Below, in pieces: positions 35,099 to 49,400 of a stretch of DNA of 64,000 nt. Numbering within the stretch: position 1 is the first letter of the stretch; each line of letters begins with the position of its first letter. The position numbers and the translations under genes are program-made. The stretch is taken from NCBI GenBank assembly GCA_964187785.1, contig OZ076411.1, positions 81,344,001-81,408,000 of the forward strand. Reading direction: 5' to 3'. The notes below the pieces were generated by a model. That model ran no database searches and was not told where the DNA came from. It saw nothing but the letters and a program-made list of their open reading frames with translations. Source of the DNA: Amphiscolops sp. MND2022 (taxonomy: Eukaryota).

Positions 35099-36874
35099 TT
35101 AATATGAACACCTTGGACCAAGCGACTTCCATTTGTCGATTTTTTTGCTGTTATAGTTCCAATTCCTACCAAGGGCACTAAAATTGCCGTGGCCATATTT
35201 TGCTTTATATATTTCCCGATGTTATTTGTGCTATTTGATTTAATGGAGATTGAAGTTGTTTGTAATTTCATTATGAAACTTAAATCGTTGGATTTTGTCC
35301 TATATATTGAAATAAATTCTCACTCCAAGTCTTTTTTTTTTCATATAAATTTTTCCATAGTTCAATCTACCATATCTGACGAAATGAGAGCCGCTAAACA
35401 GTTGTAGTTTTACTCTGAAGCAGGGTTCTGATTTTTTTTGCAGATTTACAACTACAGAATAGAACTGACCGCCAAAAAGCATGCGTTTGTTTATGGATCG
35501 AACAAAAAACTTGTGCCAAAATCAAATAGTTTCTGTTGATTTTACGCAATCTCTTTGCGTGTGTCAGTTTTCTCGAAATAATGTTTGGGGCGATTGTTCT
35601 GTGTACTCTTGAAAAATCGCTAATGAAAAGTTACCGCTAAATCAATTAGCTAATGAAAACTTCCTGCTTCGCTGAACCGCTTATTAGCGGTGTCATAACC
35701 CTGCTCTGAAGCTATCAAGGGCACGAGGCTCGAGCCACAGAAAAAAATCAGAAATAACCGGTTTCGGAATTAAAATTTTTGCTCTTACTGTGGGTGTGCA
35801 TTAACAGAAAAGATCCCGCTGTTCTATCATGCAAATCTTCATTGTCAAAAGTCGAAATTTGATTGAATCTCATGGTTCAATCCAAACTAAGTGTCGGAAT
35901 TTTGATTGCGTTTCTGTATATTTCGTATAATTGTGCAATTTTTTGCGTCCAGTCTTGGGTGGATTATCATGTTTTATACCTCGGTCTGGTTAAAATCTAG
36001 GTCAAAAACATAATTCACGATTTTGTGTGAAGCACGTAGACAGATAAATGTCATTAATAAGCGTTGGGTTGACTAATTAAGCAAAACCAAATTTCCTATT
36101 CCATCGACCGGTCTGTCTGTATTTACATGAATAAGGGACCCACTTAAATAAAAACACGTTTGAAAAATTCCACTATCAGTGCCTTATCTTGCAGCTGCTA
36201 AATCAAAATTTATTTTTATTTGGCGCCGTGTTCGTTTGGTACGATAAGTCAATGGTCATGTTCTATAAGGTATACCATTTATATTTTTGGAGGCTTGTAG
36301 TATTGCTTAGTGGCGTGCTCTTACGATTTTCTGTGTGTATACAACACCTGAATCAAAATGCCATCGTCTGAAATTACTAATACCACTTCTATCACTGAAA
36401 GTAAAACATTGATTGTTACATTTTTCACTTTTTTGTTATTTTTCCGTCCATTTTTGCGCAATAATTAGTTCTTGCTTTTGACGTTAATTTACAACCCAAC
36501 TTTCTTGTTATACCTGTGCCTTCTTTATAGCCGAATTTTCATCCATTTTGACCACTATTACTTTTCACTGCACATTTCAACATTTGAAAATTCCGCTTTA
36601 TAATAGTGCTTTTAAAAAATCATGACTATCGTGCTTGCATTTAGTTGGAAAATGTGGTTGTTGAGGATTGGATGATTTCTTAGAGCTAAGGTATTGTTAT
36701 GAATTCTGTGTGAACATCTTGAAACGAGTCACTTGGGAAATAGACGATTTTTAGCGTGGTCTCGATAAATCATGGTTGAAAACTGAAATGATTTTTGGAA
36801 ACGAAAATTTCGGAAATTTTTAAAATTTCTCCTGTCTCGACTGTCGGTGAATGAATGTTTGATCTGCGCGTCAG

Positions 36875-39800
36875 GAGTCTTCCAGAAGGGCAAAGCTAGC
36901 AAGCAGAATAAAAGCAATGTCGACATATCCGATGGATTGCCTTCGCTTCAATTCGAGACTGCCCTCACAGAAGACCAGGCACGGACATCTACTAAAAATA
37001 CCCGTAATTCGAAGAAGTCTATCCTTTGAATGTTTTTCTGCTTTCCGTAGTTGATTCAGTTGCATGTTTGTAAAAGTTGCGGAATTAGCATTATGAGCTC
37101 AAAAATCCTTGTTTTGATTGAAGAAAATGAGATGTTTTGACAATAATTATCATTTGCTTCTATGATTTCAAATTTTTATGTGCTTGGGTTCTGTTCATTT
37201 TTTGATTTTCACAATTTTTTGACCGACAAAAATTACACAGTTTTTTTTGTTACGGCGTATATATTTCATCCATCAGAATATACAGCACATACCAGTCCAT
37301 GTCTGTTATTGCGCCATGCAGTTGCGACTTCTGCACCTGCGAACGAGGGCGCACTGCATCACGACGGCTGCTCTGTGCACAGCGTGCTACTTCACCCGCA
37401 TCTACAACCAGCTCAGGAAGGAGATCTTCATCGTCAAACACGCCAGCAAGGCAGCTCAGAGGATCATGCAGGCTGGCATCGATGGTGAGTTGTATGCATT
37501 TCTGTCATGTTCATAGATGTAAATACATGTGTCTACCTTTGGGAGACTCAACAAGACGGGAACGTCTGAAATTGGCGCCCTGCTTGAGGCTCCAAACGCT
37601 AAGTCTGTCAAATATGCCAACATATTTGGAGTTTTTTTGAAGTTTGAGAAATAAACCAGTTTTCAGAAAGTCGCACAGTGCCGAAAAACCCAAAGATGGG
37701 ATCCTTTAGGCTTGAAAAACCTGAAAAGGTCTTTTTGAAAGTTGAAACACGGGAAAAATTGAGGGAGCCCTTTGACACGTCAAGGGTTTGCGAACAAAGA
37801 TATTTAGTCCTCGACAAGCATCGAATCTACGGCCGTCTGACAAGCGCTCATCATAACTTTTGGCAGCGTAATCAAACTGTTCAAAAAGTGGACGCTACGC
37901 ATAGATTCTGTGATCTGACGAAAAAAATAGTCACTCTAATAGTCGGGCACATTTTCTTGCCCCGACTGAATTCAAACCATTGATTCAAACTTGAAAACGT
38001 CGAGAAGAAAAAACTTGTGTTTTTAGGACCAATTATTACCTTATAGTGCAGAAATCCAGAGTAGTGGTTTTTAGAGATTTCGTTTTCAGACGTTGGTCGG
38101 ATTTGTAATTCTGACAATATTCGCTTTGAGAACAATTCTAGCCTGAAAAACGATAATTCTTTTCATGAATTTTCTGTACCGAAGGTATCAATATCAAAAG
38201 TACAAAATTATTCGCTACAAATCTGTTCGTGCAATGACTGTTTCATCAAGTTTCCAAAAATGCCGCTTATCTGACGTTCTGGGAATTTTGTAGAAACATT
38301 CCATGTTTTCACTGATTTAACACTGTGAGAATATCAAACCTTGAAAAGTTGGTACCTTCCTGGGAAATAACTCAAATCCGCAACTTGACGTAGACATTTC
38401 ATTTTTCTTGGTATTTTAGGAGACCCCGCTCGAATTGGTATCGTAGGGTGTGGTCGCCTGGGTCGTCAGCTAGTGCAGGCTCTCATGTTCTACGCCAACG
38501 TGCAGCCACAGTTCGTGTACATCTCAACCCGAAGACCCGAGTCGCTGCAACTGTTCGTGAAGGACGGCACGAAAGTCGACTTCAACAACAGCTGGCTCGC
38601 CGAACAGTGCGACCTCATCTTCCTCTGTTGTCTTCCAGCTGCCGCCCAGCAAATATGCTCCGAGATGAAGAACCATCTCACCAGGGTCGCCTTTCTTCTT
38701 TTCACGGTTAAGGTTGAAGGGGTTTCTTAACGTCCTCGAGAAAATGAACCTAAGCTTCAAGGTTGTAAAAATCCTTGGTGACACGAAATCTGCTTTTTTT
38801 GTTCCGAACGATTTTGCTTGCCAGAAATTAATCACGTGTGTAACCCATGAGAAAAACACATTTTTGGTTGTCGAAGGTTTTGATAATTCTAGGCCAGTTT
38901 TTGCGGGAATTTCAAGTGAAGCGTTTTATCACGAGCATAAGTAGGTGAATTATTAGGCACCTAGATGTTTCGAAAAATTTCCCTGAATTTTCATGGAAAA
39001 CGTGTGCTTGATTATTGGATGAAGCAATCCGGAATTTCAACTGAGTAATATTCAAGATTTTTCAGAAGTTGTTACATCAGTTTCTCAAATCAGTAGTTGT
39101 TTCTTCAGCAAATAAAGGGAATGAAATGCATTAAACTTCCTTTTTCTTTTAAGAAGCATGCCATTGAAATATGTTTTCACTATTTTCAAAGTCAATTTTT
39201 GCTTTGCCGTTTCGAGAGCTTGCGGATTGATCAGTTTCGCTGGTACCTGATTCCATTTTTGGCTACTTTTCATTCGCAACTTCGACTCTTTGCAACGGAA
39301 AGGCAACCATGATGCTAACCTAGGACAAGTTGATTTATTCCTTCATTTCTGGAGTTCCCGCCAAAAAAATATCGAGTATGCTGAATTTTCCCAACGTAAT
39401 CAAACCCGAGTTTCTGTGGAATGAGTCATCTTTTCACTCGAATTGGGATGTTTCCGAATTACCCTACAATCTACTGAACTACAAACAGCTGATGGTGAAG
39501 TTTTGTCCTCTGTACGACCGTGAAAATGCAGGCATGGTTGTCATCAAGTTTATAAAAGTCTTCAAAAGTTTGTGATGATGAATCTTAGTCTTGTTAGTCA
39601 CTGCTGACTAAACTAAAATATGTGGATCGGAAACTGTTGCTAAAATTGGAACTTCAAACTTTCGGAATTCTCCTGAGCTGGCTTCAGAATACTTTAGTCT
39701 AATTTCGCCGTAGTTTTTGGGAGCATTGTGTGAGTAATGGTCTCGATATTCGACTTGTGCGTTGCACTTATTCTCCCCCAGGCGTTTTTAAATTCTTCCA

Positions 39801-42800
39801 GTTTTTAATACTTTTCCGCAAGCTGGAAGTGAGAATTAAAACACTAAAGTCAAAACTTTTTCAGACATCTTACCAATTGTTCAAAATTGTTGTGTTGATA
39901 AATCTTGCTAGAATTGAGACATTGATGTTTTATTCCAAAATTGTGGAAGCGTGAGCCATCTTCGACAAAACGATTCCGCTTTCAAAATATTTAATCATAA
40001 AATTTTCCTACCTAAGTTGGGAACCCTATTTGTGATGCAATCCTGCCTACGAAGTGTAGGAACAAGTGAGAGCTGGAACTCGACGAGTAACAACGATGAC
40101 GTCATGGATGACATGACCAACATAGTGCCCCCTGTGTGGCTGGATGTGGGCTGGGTCATGAAGATCATGTTCGCGTGCATCAACTTCGCCACCACCCAAC
40201 AAGTGACCACCGACGTCGTTGTCGATACCATCAATAAGGTAAAGAGTAAACAAGACGGGAACGTCTCAATTCGGCGCTACACCTAAGTCTCAAAAAGCGC
40301 AAAATTTTGAAAATGCCACCAGGATTGACGATGAAAGTGGGATGATAGAAGTCTGAAAAAAAACAAGCGTGTGCGATTTCTATAACATTTCATCTCGCTT
40401 GGGATCCTGGATTCAACCCCCTTTTTGGGAACGATCAATGAAATTGAGATACGAAGACCTATTTTATGACTTCTCTTCCACTTGCCGATGTTTTTAGTCG
40501 GCACTTCCGTAGAAAGAGCAGACTGTAGTAGTGACTTTATAATTTTTTAAAATTTTTCAAGACCAACGAACTGACAATAGTTCTATCAAAAGTCCTTTCA
40601 CTATTTTGGGGCCTTAAGCGTGGCGCCGACTTATGCCGTTCTCGGTTTGTTTAGGGTTCTATTAAAAAGTATTCGGCTTTTTAATTCGGGTTCTATTAAA
40701 AAGTAAAAAAGACAATCCTTCGGCTGCAACTAATACTAGAATCAACCCCCTTTTTAGTCGGCGTTTTCGAAGAAAATGCACGTCTCTTACAGTGGCATTT
40801 TTTTTCTTCAGTTCAACGCGATCGGTCCATTTTTTAGTTCATTTGTTCAATGTCATCAACTGAACGTCCAAAACATACTCGAAACGCCAGAACCTCGGCC
40901 AAAAAAACATCGACGGTCCAAAACAAAAACATCGACGTCCAGAACCTGGAAAACTTAGGATCCCCCTTTGGTGTTTTTCACTCGAATTTTTTCGGTACTA
41001 TGCGACTTTTTTTGTATGACTATGCGACTATGAATTTTTTGGAGTCCACCAAAGGGTCTCCCCTTCGTTTGTTTCGATATTTTGCAACACAAAGAGTCCC
41101 CCTTTTACATTTTTCGGCACTGTGACACTGTTCAAAAATCTCATTTTAATTTTTTTTGAATTTTTTAAAAATTTCCCCGGGGCTTTATTTTCATATTTTG
41201 CAACCACCTGGAGTTTCACAAAGCCCAGAGGATCCCCCTTTCAATTTTGAGCCTTAGATATAGCGCCGACTTTGGCCGTTCCTGGCTTGTTCTTTTCTTT
41301 GGACGATTAATAAAATCGAAATACGAAGACATTTTTCATAAATCCTCTCTCCTCCACTTGTCGATGTTTTAATGTTTTATGGGACCGTTACTGAAGCTGT
41401 AAGAGGGCACTGCAGCTTGCTGCGTTGTGACGCCTGATCTTGTACCTTTTATTTTCTTCATTTATCTTTACCGACACGCCGCCTTTGCACTATGAGCACA
41501 TACAAGCTAATCAAAACTAAATTGTGGTTTCATTACGCACAGTTGTTCTTATCATCCTAAATACTTTACAAAGGTATCGTTTTTTTAAAAAAATCGCAGA
41601 CCTTTCAATTATGCGTTATTTTTCATCTTGTGTTATCAACTTCTAGAGAGGGTTTTTCATTCTTGGGTCGCGTACATTATGAAATTCGGAATATTACACT
41701 GAAACCTGAGAAAGTCCGTTAACTGGCCTTTTGTATGCGCTTTCTGAATTCAGCTTCATTTTGTGACGTGAATTCTCAGCTCTCAAACTGTTTTAACACC
41801 TTTTGAAACGTTTTAAACGCATGATAATATTTTTGAACGTTTTTTAAACAACCCTGGTCAGGGTTTTGACATCGCTAATTGCTAAACCGCTGATTTCAAA
41901 GTCGCTATTTTGCTGGAAAACCTTTTTTTTCGAACTATTGAATGTTTGACTTCAAGTATGTTTTAAAATTAAACGATAACTTAGTTCAGATTTTGCAAGA
42001 AGGTAAGATTTGCATTGTTTGAAATCAATTTCCAAACTCCGTGTATACTGCGAGGAAACTCTGAATATAAACAGTTTATTAGTTGCCGCTAATTTGAATC
42101 GCTGATAAAATCGTTTAAAAATTCCGGTGCGGCCGCTAATTAGCGGTGTCAAAACTCTGCTTGTTGTATACAATAACCGCTTTGGAGAAATAGTAGCAAG
42201 TTTCATTTATTGACCTTTCCGGGAGTTCGATTCTGAGTTTCAAATAATTCGCCCTAAAAAGGAAACGCCAAAGTTTAAATCTAAAACAGCTGTAAAATTA
42301 GGTACTTTTGATGATATAAGTGTTAAAAATGCTCCCGTCGGAAGGATGTTGACTGAGAAAGTGTCGGCTATTAATCGAGAGCCATCGTTTTCATAATTTT
42401 TGGGCTTAGTACTATTTAATTAACTGTTCAATTAAGTCAAGTTAAATGAGCTATTCTGTTTTGTGTAAAAAAACTGGGTATAGTTTTGTCGTGAGTCTGA
42501 AACCCACACGAAAATGAGCTGAGAAGACTAGTTTTCATTTGTTGGCAGGTGTTTTTCCTCACGCCCAAGTCGGAATTGCTCGAGGGTAAAGACCTGCTTC
42601 TGGAGGAACACGTGACTCTGCCAGTTGATCACGTGGTGTGTCACCTCTTCGACACGCTGCAAGAGGGCGACGAAAATGGCAGTCAAGTTGGCAGCTCCGC
42701 CTATCTTGAACAGGTACTTGACTAATGCACTGTTGTACGTACAGTCATGCTACTTAAATGAAATTTCAAAACTGGAACATTTAAAAAAGAATTTCGAACT

Positions 42801-45233
42801 ATTTTAGCTTCGACATTTTCAAGACTCAAGCCTAGCCATTAAATTACGAACCAGCGAAAATTTTTGGAAAAAATAGAACTTTGACACTTTTTATACCTGT
42901 TTTTGAGAAACACATCATGTTTGTCGATACATGAGTATGCTAAGTAGCTAGACTATGTGCAGTTATGAATTTATGTGGATACTCATACCTGCAAAAACAT
43001 ACATAAAGTGTGAATCGACCGCATAAAACTGTCAATAGTCGAAAAAAGAAGCAAATGGTTCAATTCCCCATTTATGCGCGTTGGAAGAATTTCTGCCTTT
43101 CTAGAACGAGGCCTTATTGCAACCTACGGTACTATATTTGCGATTGTCCACCTGAAGCTGTGATTTCTAAGTGAATAGCTCCAGGTCACAACGTTACATT
43201 GCTCGCGGTGGATCATTCCATTTTTGTTTTCTGCGCCAAATATGTTTTTTTTCCGCTCAAAAGCAATATTTTGCGTAAGCTGAAATATACAGTAGTGATT
43301 CTAGAAGCAACATAGCACGCGGAAAGAAAGCAAATAAACAAATATCATTGACTGATCAAGGCCTAACGCACCCATTTCATTGGTCGAGAGCAATTTCCGA
43401 AACATAATTTCTTAGTTTTTTGAACTTTTGACCCACTTACAATTTTTTGATTTCAAAATAAGTTTGACAGAAATATTCTCCCAATCATTTCGAATCTGGC
43501 AATATAGTTTTTTCTCGAAAATATTGTATATTGTATTAGTATGAGCTTGTTTTAAGTTGATAAACTTCAAAATCATATCTTAATGCATGTATTTTCGAAA
43601 AAGTCTACTTTTACAGCGCATTTCTTCTACGATTTTAAGATGATTTCCAAATCAAAATATGTCAACGGCTTCAGTTAAATCAGGGGGGCCGATTGAACAG
43701 AAAATTTCTCAAAAATATTGAGCAAAAGTAGACTAAAAGTGAGAAAAACCTCAATTTTGACCTAAATTTAGCTAAAAATGGCCTATCGTAACTTTTATAA
43801 TTTTCATCGCATTTTCTTCAAACGAACATATTTGTAAACTAGATGAAAATCTAAGAATCTTTCCTTTTTATCATTTTTCAAAAATCGCTGCTGTTTTAGA
43901 GATATTCGATTTTGAGATTTGCCTTTTGTTGCTTTTAGAAATATCACTACTGTAGATGCCGTAAATTTGATTTTTTTCAAGATATAATTTTCGACCCTTT
44001 TGTTAACCAATTTTGATTAGCTACTCCAAATTTCTAGCCTAATTATTTGATTTTTTGCAATGAAGCGAACGGATGTTAATTATATCCGTACGCCTAGAGC
44101 TTCGCCTGCATTGAAACGTATGCGAACTTAGTAGATGTATTTTCTTTAGTCCGAGAAAAATCGAACGCGTTGTAAACTGTCACATTGATTAATTGTGGGC
44201 TATATAGTGAATTAACAGGAGTGTTATTGGATCTTTCACTATGTCCTCCTCCCCCTATATCACTCGTTACACTATGTCCCCCCTAGAGAAAATAAATGTT
44301 TGTGGCTCATTTATTTTTATCTCCTATTGGCTAATCTCTCATACTATTCTGTCAATCAATTGATGTCGTCATAACTAACGACACTTTTTATTGGTTCTTT
44401 TTATCAAAATCACCACTCATCCAATCAGAAGCGTTGTTAGATAAGAGCAGATTTGCGCTATTAGAATGTGCAATACATGCATTTAATAGCGTTTCACTAT
44501 GTCCCCCCTTTTTGCTGTAGGGGGGGGGATATAGTGAAAGAGATCCGTGTTATTGTTATAATTTGATACTTTGTAACTTAATGGTTATTATTGTATCCTA
44601 AAGGAGAAATATTACTGTGCCCCACAGACGCCTTTCATTTTCATGATTATGCAACTAAGCCAGGGAAGATGAAGAACTTGTTCGAAACACAACAGTGGTG
44701 AGTTGAAAGAGATTGGAACTTTGATTCCGTGCCAACACAGGCCTGATGCTCCAAAAACCTTAAATTTCGATACTTACTGGTTTATTTACGGTATTAAATT
44801 CCGATTGTTAACAAGAATATAACATAGTTGAAATGTCTTTCGAAAGAGATATCCTTTAAAATTGATACGAAGTCAGAAATACGTGAAAGCATGTGCAACG
44901 TCAGGCCCGATCAAATGGCGGAATTGATTGGAAATTTTAGAATTTTTCCCGAAATTTTCAAAACCAAAATTTTCAATATTTCATAAACCGTATTCCAGTT
45001 GAAAAAAAAACTTAAAATCAAAAGTAGGTAAATGTACGACAGTGTGTTCTTCTAAACAGACGAATGTGAGCATGCGACAGAGTACCCCAGTGTTCGCCCA
45101 CTTTCCTTACTGGGATCTCACTGTGATCGAGTCGGGCAACGCTCTCGCCGAGGCCCTTCTGATGAACAAACGACTCAAACATTGCTTCCTCCGACGATTC
45201 TCCTCCACTTTCGAACGCATCATTCAGTTTTAA
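36875..45233 (+). CDS. NOXRED1: NOXRED1-like NADP-dependent oxidoreductase-domain protein (exons about 36875-36978, 37322-37486, 38421-38685, 39324-39531, 40060-40238, 42549-42713, 45060-45233; 5' end uncertain)
   Basis: LPSLQFE, Rossmann motif IGIVGCGRLGRQL, ISTRRPESL, DLIFLCCLP, IYSF and FPYWDLT follow human NOXRED1 in order. Confidence 0.85.
40249..40651. mobile_element. Non-autonomous TIR element, AACAAG...CTTGTT family
   Basis: Imperfect ~45-bp TIRs. Related ends lie at 37550, 41291, 53263 and 58936, and GGTCCCCCCTTTCA internal repeats are shared among the copies. Confidence 0.65.
44229..44546. mobile_element. MITE, GG...CC termini, no shared core
   Basis: Perfect 8-bp TSD GTGTTATT and TIRs GGATCT(CT)TTCACTAT. 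Confidence 0.85.
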
Positions 45234-46427
45234 CGCCATTTTACTTCATAGATTCCTTAAATGACTCATTCTAATTGATTTTTGGTCGCTGCTCTTTTGA
45301 TGCAAACATGAAGGATGATACGATCGAAGAGTGTTTAATCATTCATTCATTTGCAATTGAATTGTTTAATCGAATGTGTTTGAAATCTTGCCCAGTTGTG
45401 GCTTTCCTGTTGCTACAACAAGTCTTACATGATGGGAACATTTTCAAAAGTCTCGAAACAGCCCTCTAACCTCGGAAAACATTTTTGATTACGCATAAAC
45501 CGCGTTTGTTTGGAAACATTAATTACTATTAAGCCTCGACTTGTATTTCGAAATTAGTTCATCAGTTGCTGCTTGTATTTTATCAGGTTGAGGTTTTCAT
45601 TAGGAGTCTGTATTTAGAGGATACTTCCGAGTAAAGACTACCCGCTAAGTCTTTGCGTTGGCTAGTAACTTTGGTTAATTAACTAGCTTTTATTTTCTTG
45701 GGTTTATTTCAGTGTTGCTCAAACAAACTTGGATTATGAATGCTAACCAAAAGTTCAAACAAGATTTTGTTCCCAGAAGATTCCAAGTTTACCTTTATCG
45801 AAATTTGTATTTGTCCTCTCAGTTTTTCTTTTGCAATCAAATTTCTCCGAGAAATACAAATTTACAATGACCAAATTCGGGAAATCATTGCGTTTCCAGT
45901 TTGCGCAAAAGGAGTTTGTTCTAGATCTACTGACTCGACTCATTTGATGTTGAACTCATTCTAACAACCTCATGATGACTAGTGGAACAGGTTTTTACGG
46001 TGTTTCATTTCTATCTTCATAGTTCGGAAGAAGCATGAATATTTCGTAATGGCTTAGTCATGAGTTCATCTTTTGAATTGATTCAACAGAAGCGATTATT
46101 CTCAACTTTGTTGCATTTTTGGTTCCATACTTTTCTAGAAAGTTTCTGAAACCACCTTTCCTGAAAATTTTGAATGCGAGCAAATGTTGCCGTAATATTT
46201 CCGCTTCCAAGTCATCTGTTATTCTGTCACCAGTTTCATTTTTGAACCTAAATTTCTTGATATATACGCTTAAAGGCAGATTTATTATCTTCAGTCGTGC
46301 TGATAGTTGACTTCTCAACAAGGAGTTGGAGAATTAGATAGAAATGTGAACTTTTCAATATTAGATAGTGTTAGTGCAATTTATGGAAACATACAAAAGC
46401 GGTTCAGACTCAATTATGCAGTCTCAA

Positions 46428-49400
46428 TTAATTAGGCAAGCAGACATTGCATCTGGAACATTTCATCTCCGTCTTGACCTTTCCCTCTATGACCTGAGGG
46501 GTCAGGGGCTGTAGCTGCTCTGCGGCTAGTAACCAGTGACTCATCCTGGAGGCGTAGAAGCCGCATGCGCCCTCGTGTTCTCCCCCAGAGGAGCATTCTA
46601 TCACGGGCGAAGTGGAGAAGTGGGTGAGGCAACTACCTGGACTAGACAAGTCCATGCCCCCTCCGGTGTGACGTGAAGTGTCTGTGTGCTGAAAACCAAA
46701 CAGGGTGGTGAGAATCGTAAAGCGATGATTCATCCCAAATTCCAAAAAGCGACAATTCGCCCCAACGTCAATTCGTCCCATTTGAAAAAGGCGATAATTC
46801 GTCCCATTTGAAAAAGGCGATAATTCGTCCCAATTATTAAAAGCTGCAATTCGTCCCCAATTCAGTTGCCAATTTATACTTTTGTAATAATGAATCCGTA
46901 AATATTACAGTATCAATCATTTCTATTTTTAGAACTATTTTTCCAATTCTTTATTTCAATCTTCAAAAGGTTGTTAATTAGCAGATCAATTGAACAATTT
47001 GATTTCAATTTAACACTGTAAAAATGATAGCATTCAAACTATTGTGTCCTTTTGCATATTGAAAATTATCAACATCTCTAAGTACCAAAATATCCAAAAC
47101 AAGGTTAGCAGGCAAAAGCCCCCCAATCAAAGGCTACATGGGATTTGCTGACTCTTCGCCGACCACCAACTTCTTGTGCCACCAACTTTAAGTTTCTCAC
47201 TCCAATTTAATAATTTAGTTTTTAATTTTAAAACAGTGTATTGACTAATTGCTTCCTTAAGAAATTAATATTTTGTAGGCCAAAATTAACAATTTTAGTA
47301 GTTCTCAATTAGAATTTGTTAGGTGTGAAAACGTTAAACATGACATTGCCAGTGAATTATCTTGTTTGAACTGGGCGCTTTTGTCTGTACACGCCAAAAA
47401 GATGGCCCTTCAGGCTCACAAAAGTTTTTTTCTGACTGGTAATTGCAAAAAATCAAGGGTGATGTTTTGGGAAATGAAAAAAAAAACTGAAACTGGGGAT
47501 GACGTACTAACCATGATGAAACTAAACCCTGTCCAGAGGGAGTGGAAGCCTCTGGGGCAATTGGGGGGCACCCTGTCTTGACTGTGCAGGGTGAGGGGCT
47601 TCCTCTCCACCTCACACACTGCGCATCGCCCTATGTGCTGAAAACAGAAGCAACAATTATGACCAGTGAGCAGAGTTTTCACACCGCTAATCAGCGATTT
47701 TGCGAATTAGCGGACGCGCAGAATTTTTTCAACGATTTTTTTACCGATTCAATTAGCGGCAACTAATAGATTCCAACCCTTACACTTGTAAATCTCACGC
47801 AGTATGAGAAATTATAGTCTTTTCTCTTGCAAAAATTGAATAAAGTTATCACTGAGTTTTGAAACATACTTCGGTAGTTAGTTACCGTAGTTTGAAGAAA
47901 GTGTTTCAGCGAAAAAATGATTTTGAAATTAGCGGCTTAGCCATTAGCGAAAAAAACTGAATGTTAAAACTTTTTAGTGAGTATCCTAGACTGTTCCAGG
48001 GCCTCAAATTATTACAGACCCAGCTCGGTCGTTTTACTTCGGACAATCAATTGAGTCATCGAGTTCTGCATTCTTTTTAAAGAAATTTGCAATAAGTGAG
48101 GAAATCTGAGCACTTGTAAACCAATCCAATGATTGCTTTGAATTATCCGGTTCCGTAGAACGGCGGTATCACAGCTTGGATTCCTCTAAAAAGTTTGTTA
48201 TTCGCAAATTTGAGTCCCTTTCTTGTCTAATGGTTTTGTTGCTTCAGAAAAGACCAATTTGTTTGCTCTACAGATGAACTCGTTTCCAACTTTTCAGACA
48301 AATCAAAGTTGGATATTTTGACTTCAAAATTTTGAAAAAAAAAGTTGAGAATGCTCAATTTGAAGTCGGGTCTTGGGGTCACCTTGATGATTTCTTGACC
48401 TTTGACCGGCTGCAACATGAGCTTCGGGTCAGTGGAGTGTGTGGTCAGCCAGTATGACCTCTGATTGCGACCGGCTTGTCTGCACTGGGAGCGGAAGTCG
48501 CAGAAAAGGAACGGGTTTAGGGAGAAGTGGGGCACACAAGACCCAGAGGAGCCCAGGTCCTGCCTCTGCGACCTCAGGTTGCCCTCCGTTTTGAAGAGAC
48601 TGTACCCTGTGTACAGCTCTGTCGAGGCTCCCGGGCATTTGGGCACCTGTAATGTGATTAGAACCTGTTCTAGAAAGGTTTGCTGAGTAAAGTTTCTTCG
48701 TTTTCTTGAGTACGGAAAAATTTTTCCGATTATTTTTCGTCGGAAACTGCTGAATATACAAATTTCCGGCCTTGCCTTTTCTCGGCGTTCATTGTGTAAT
48801 TTTATTTCCAAAGATAACGGCTAAAATGTTACTGCGTTTTTAGGAGTCGGAAAAAAATTTCGACTACTTATGCACTCGTACCTTTTTTCTCCCGACCTTC
48901 AATGAAAATTTCAAATTTCTCAAAAACTCTCCCTACGATTCAAACGAAATTTTTTACAGTCGTTCTACGCCATATTAGGGTCCTAGGTGTGAAATGACAT
49001 CAAAATAGTATGACTGGGATGTGAGAAACAGTCAAAATTAGTCCAAAAATGACCAAATGACACTAAAGTTTTTTTCTTTTTAAATATTTAAATCCGTATT
49101 CGACTCCTTTACCACACATGCGGCTCGTGTCATTTGTTTATTCATTTTTTGATGAACTACTTCAGCTCATGTCAGAAGCTTACTTGATTATCCTGACTGT
49201 GGACTGCAATGATTGTTGAAAATGTGGGGTTTTCTCCATCGGGTCCAGGCAGTCCTTGTGGTCCCTGCGACCCAGGGGTCCCCTGTACGCCCACCACTCC
49301 CCTAGGCCCTTGATCCCCTGGCTGGCCTCTGGGTCCAGGCAGTCCACCGTAGCCTCTCAATCCTGGTGAAACACTTTCACGTCCAATTAAACTTCCGAAG

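Noticed and set aside
46745-46860. AATTCGTCCCA tandem array in the last collagen intron
   Set aside because: It is probably one arm of another foldback MITE; no partner arm or TSD was found.
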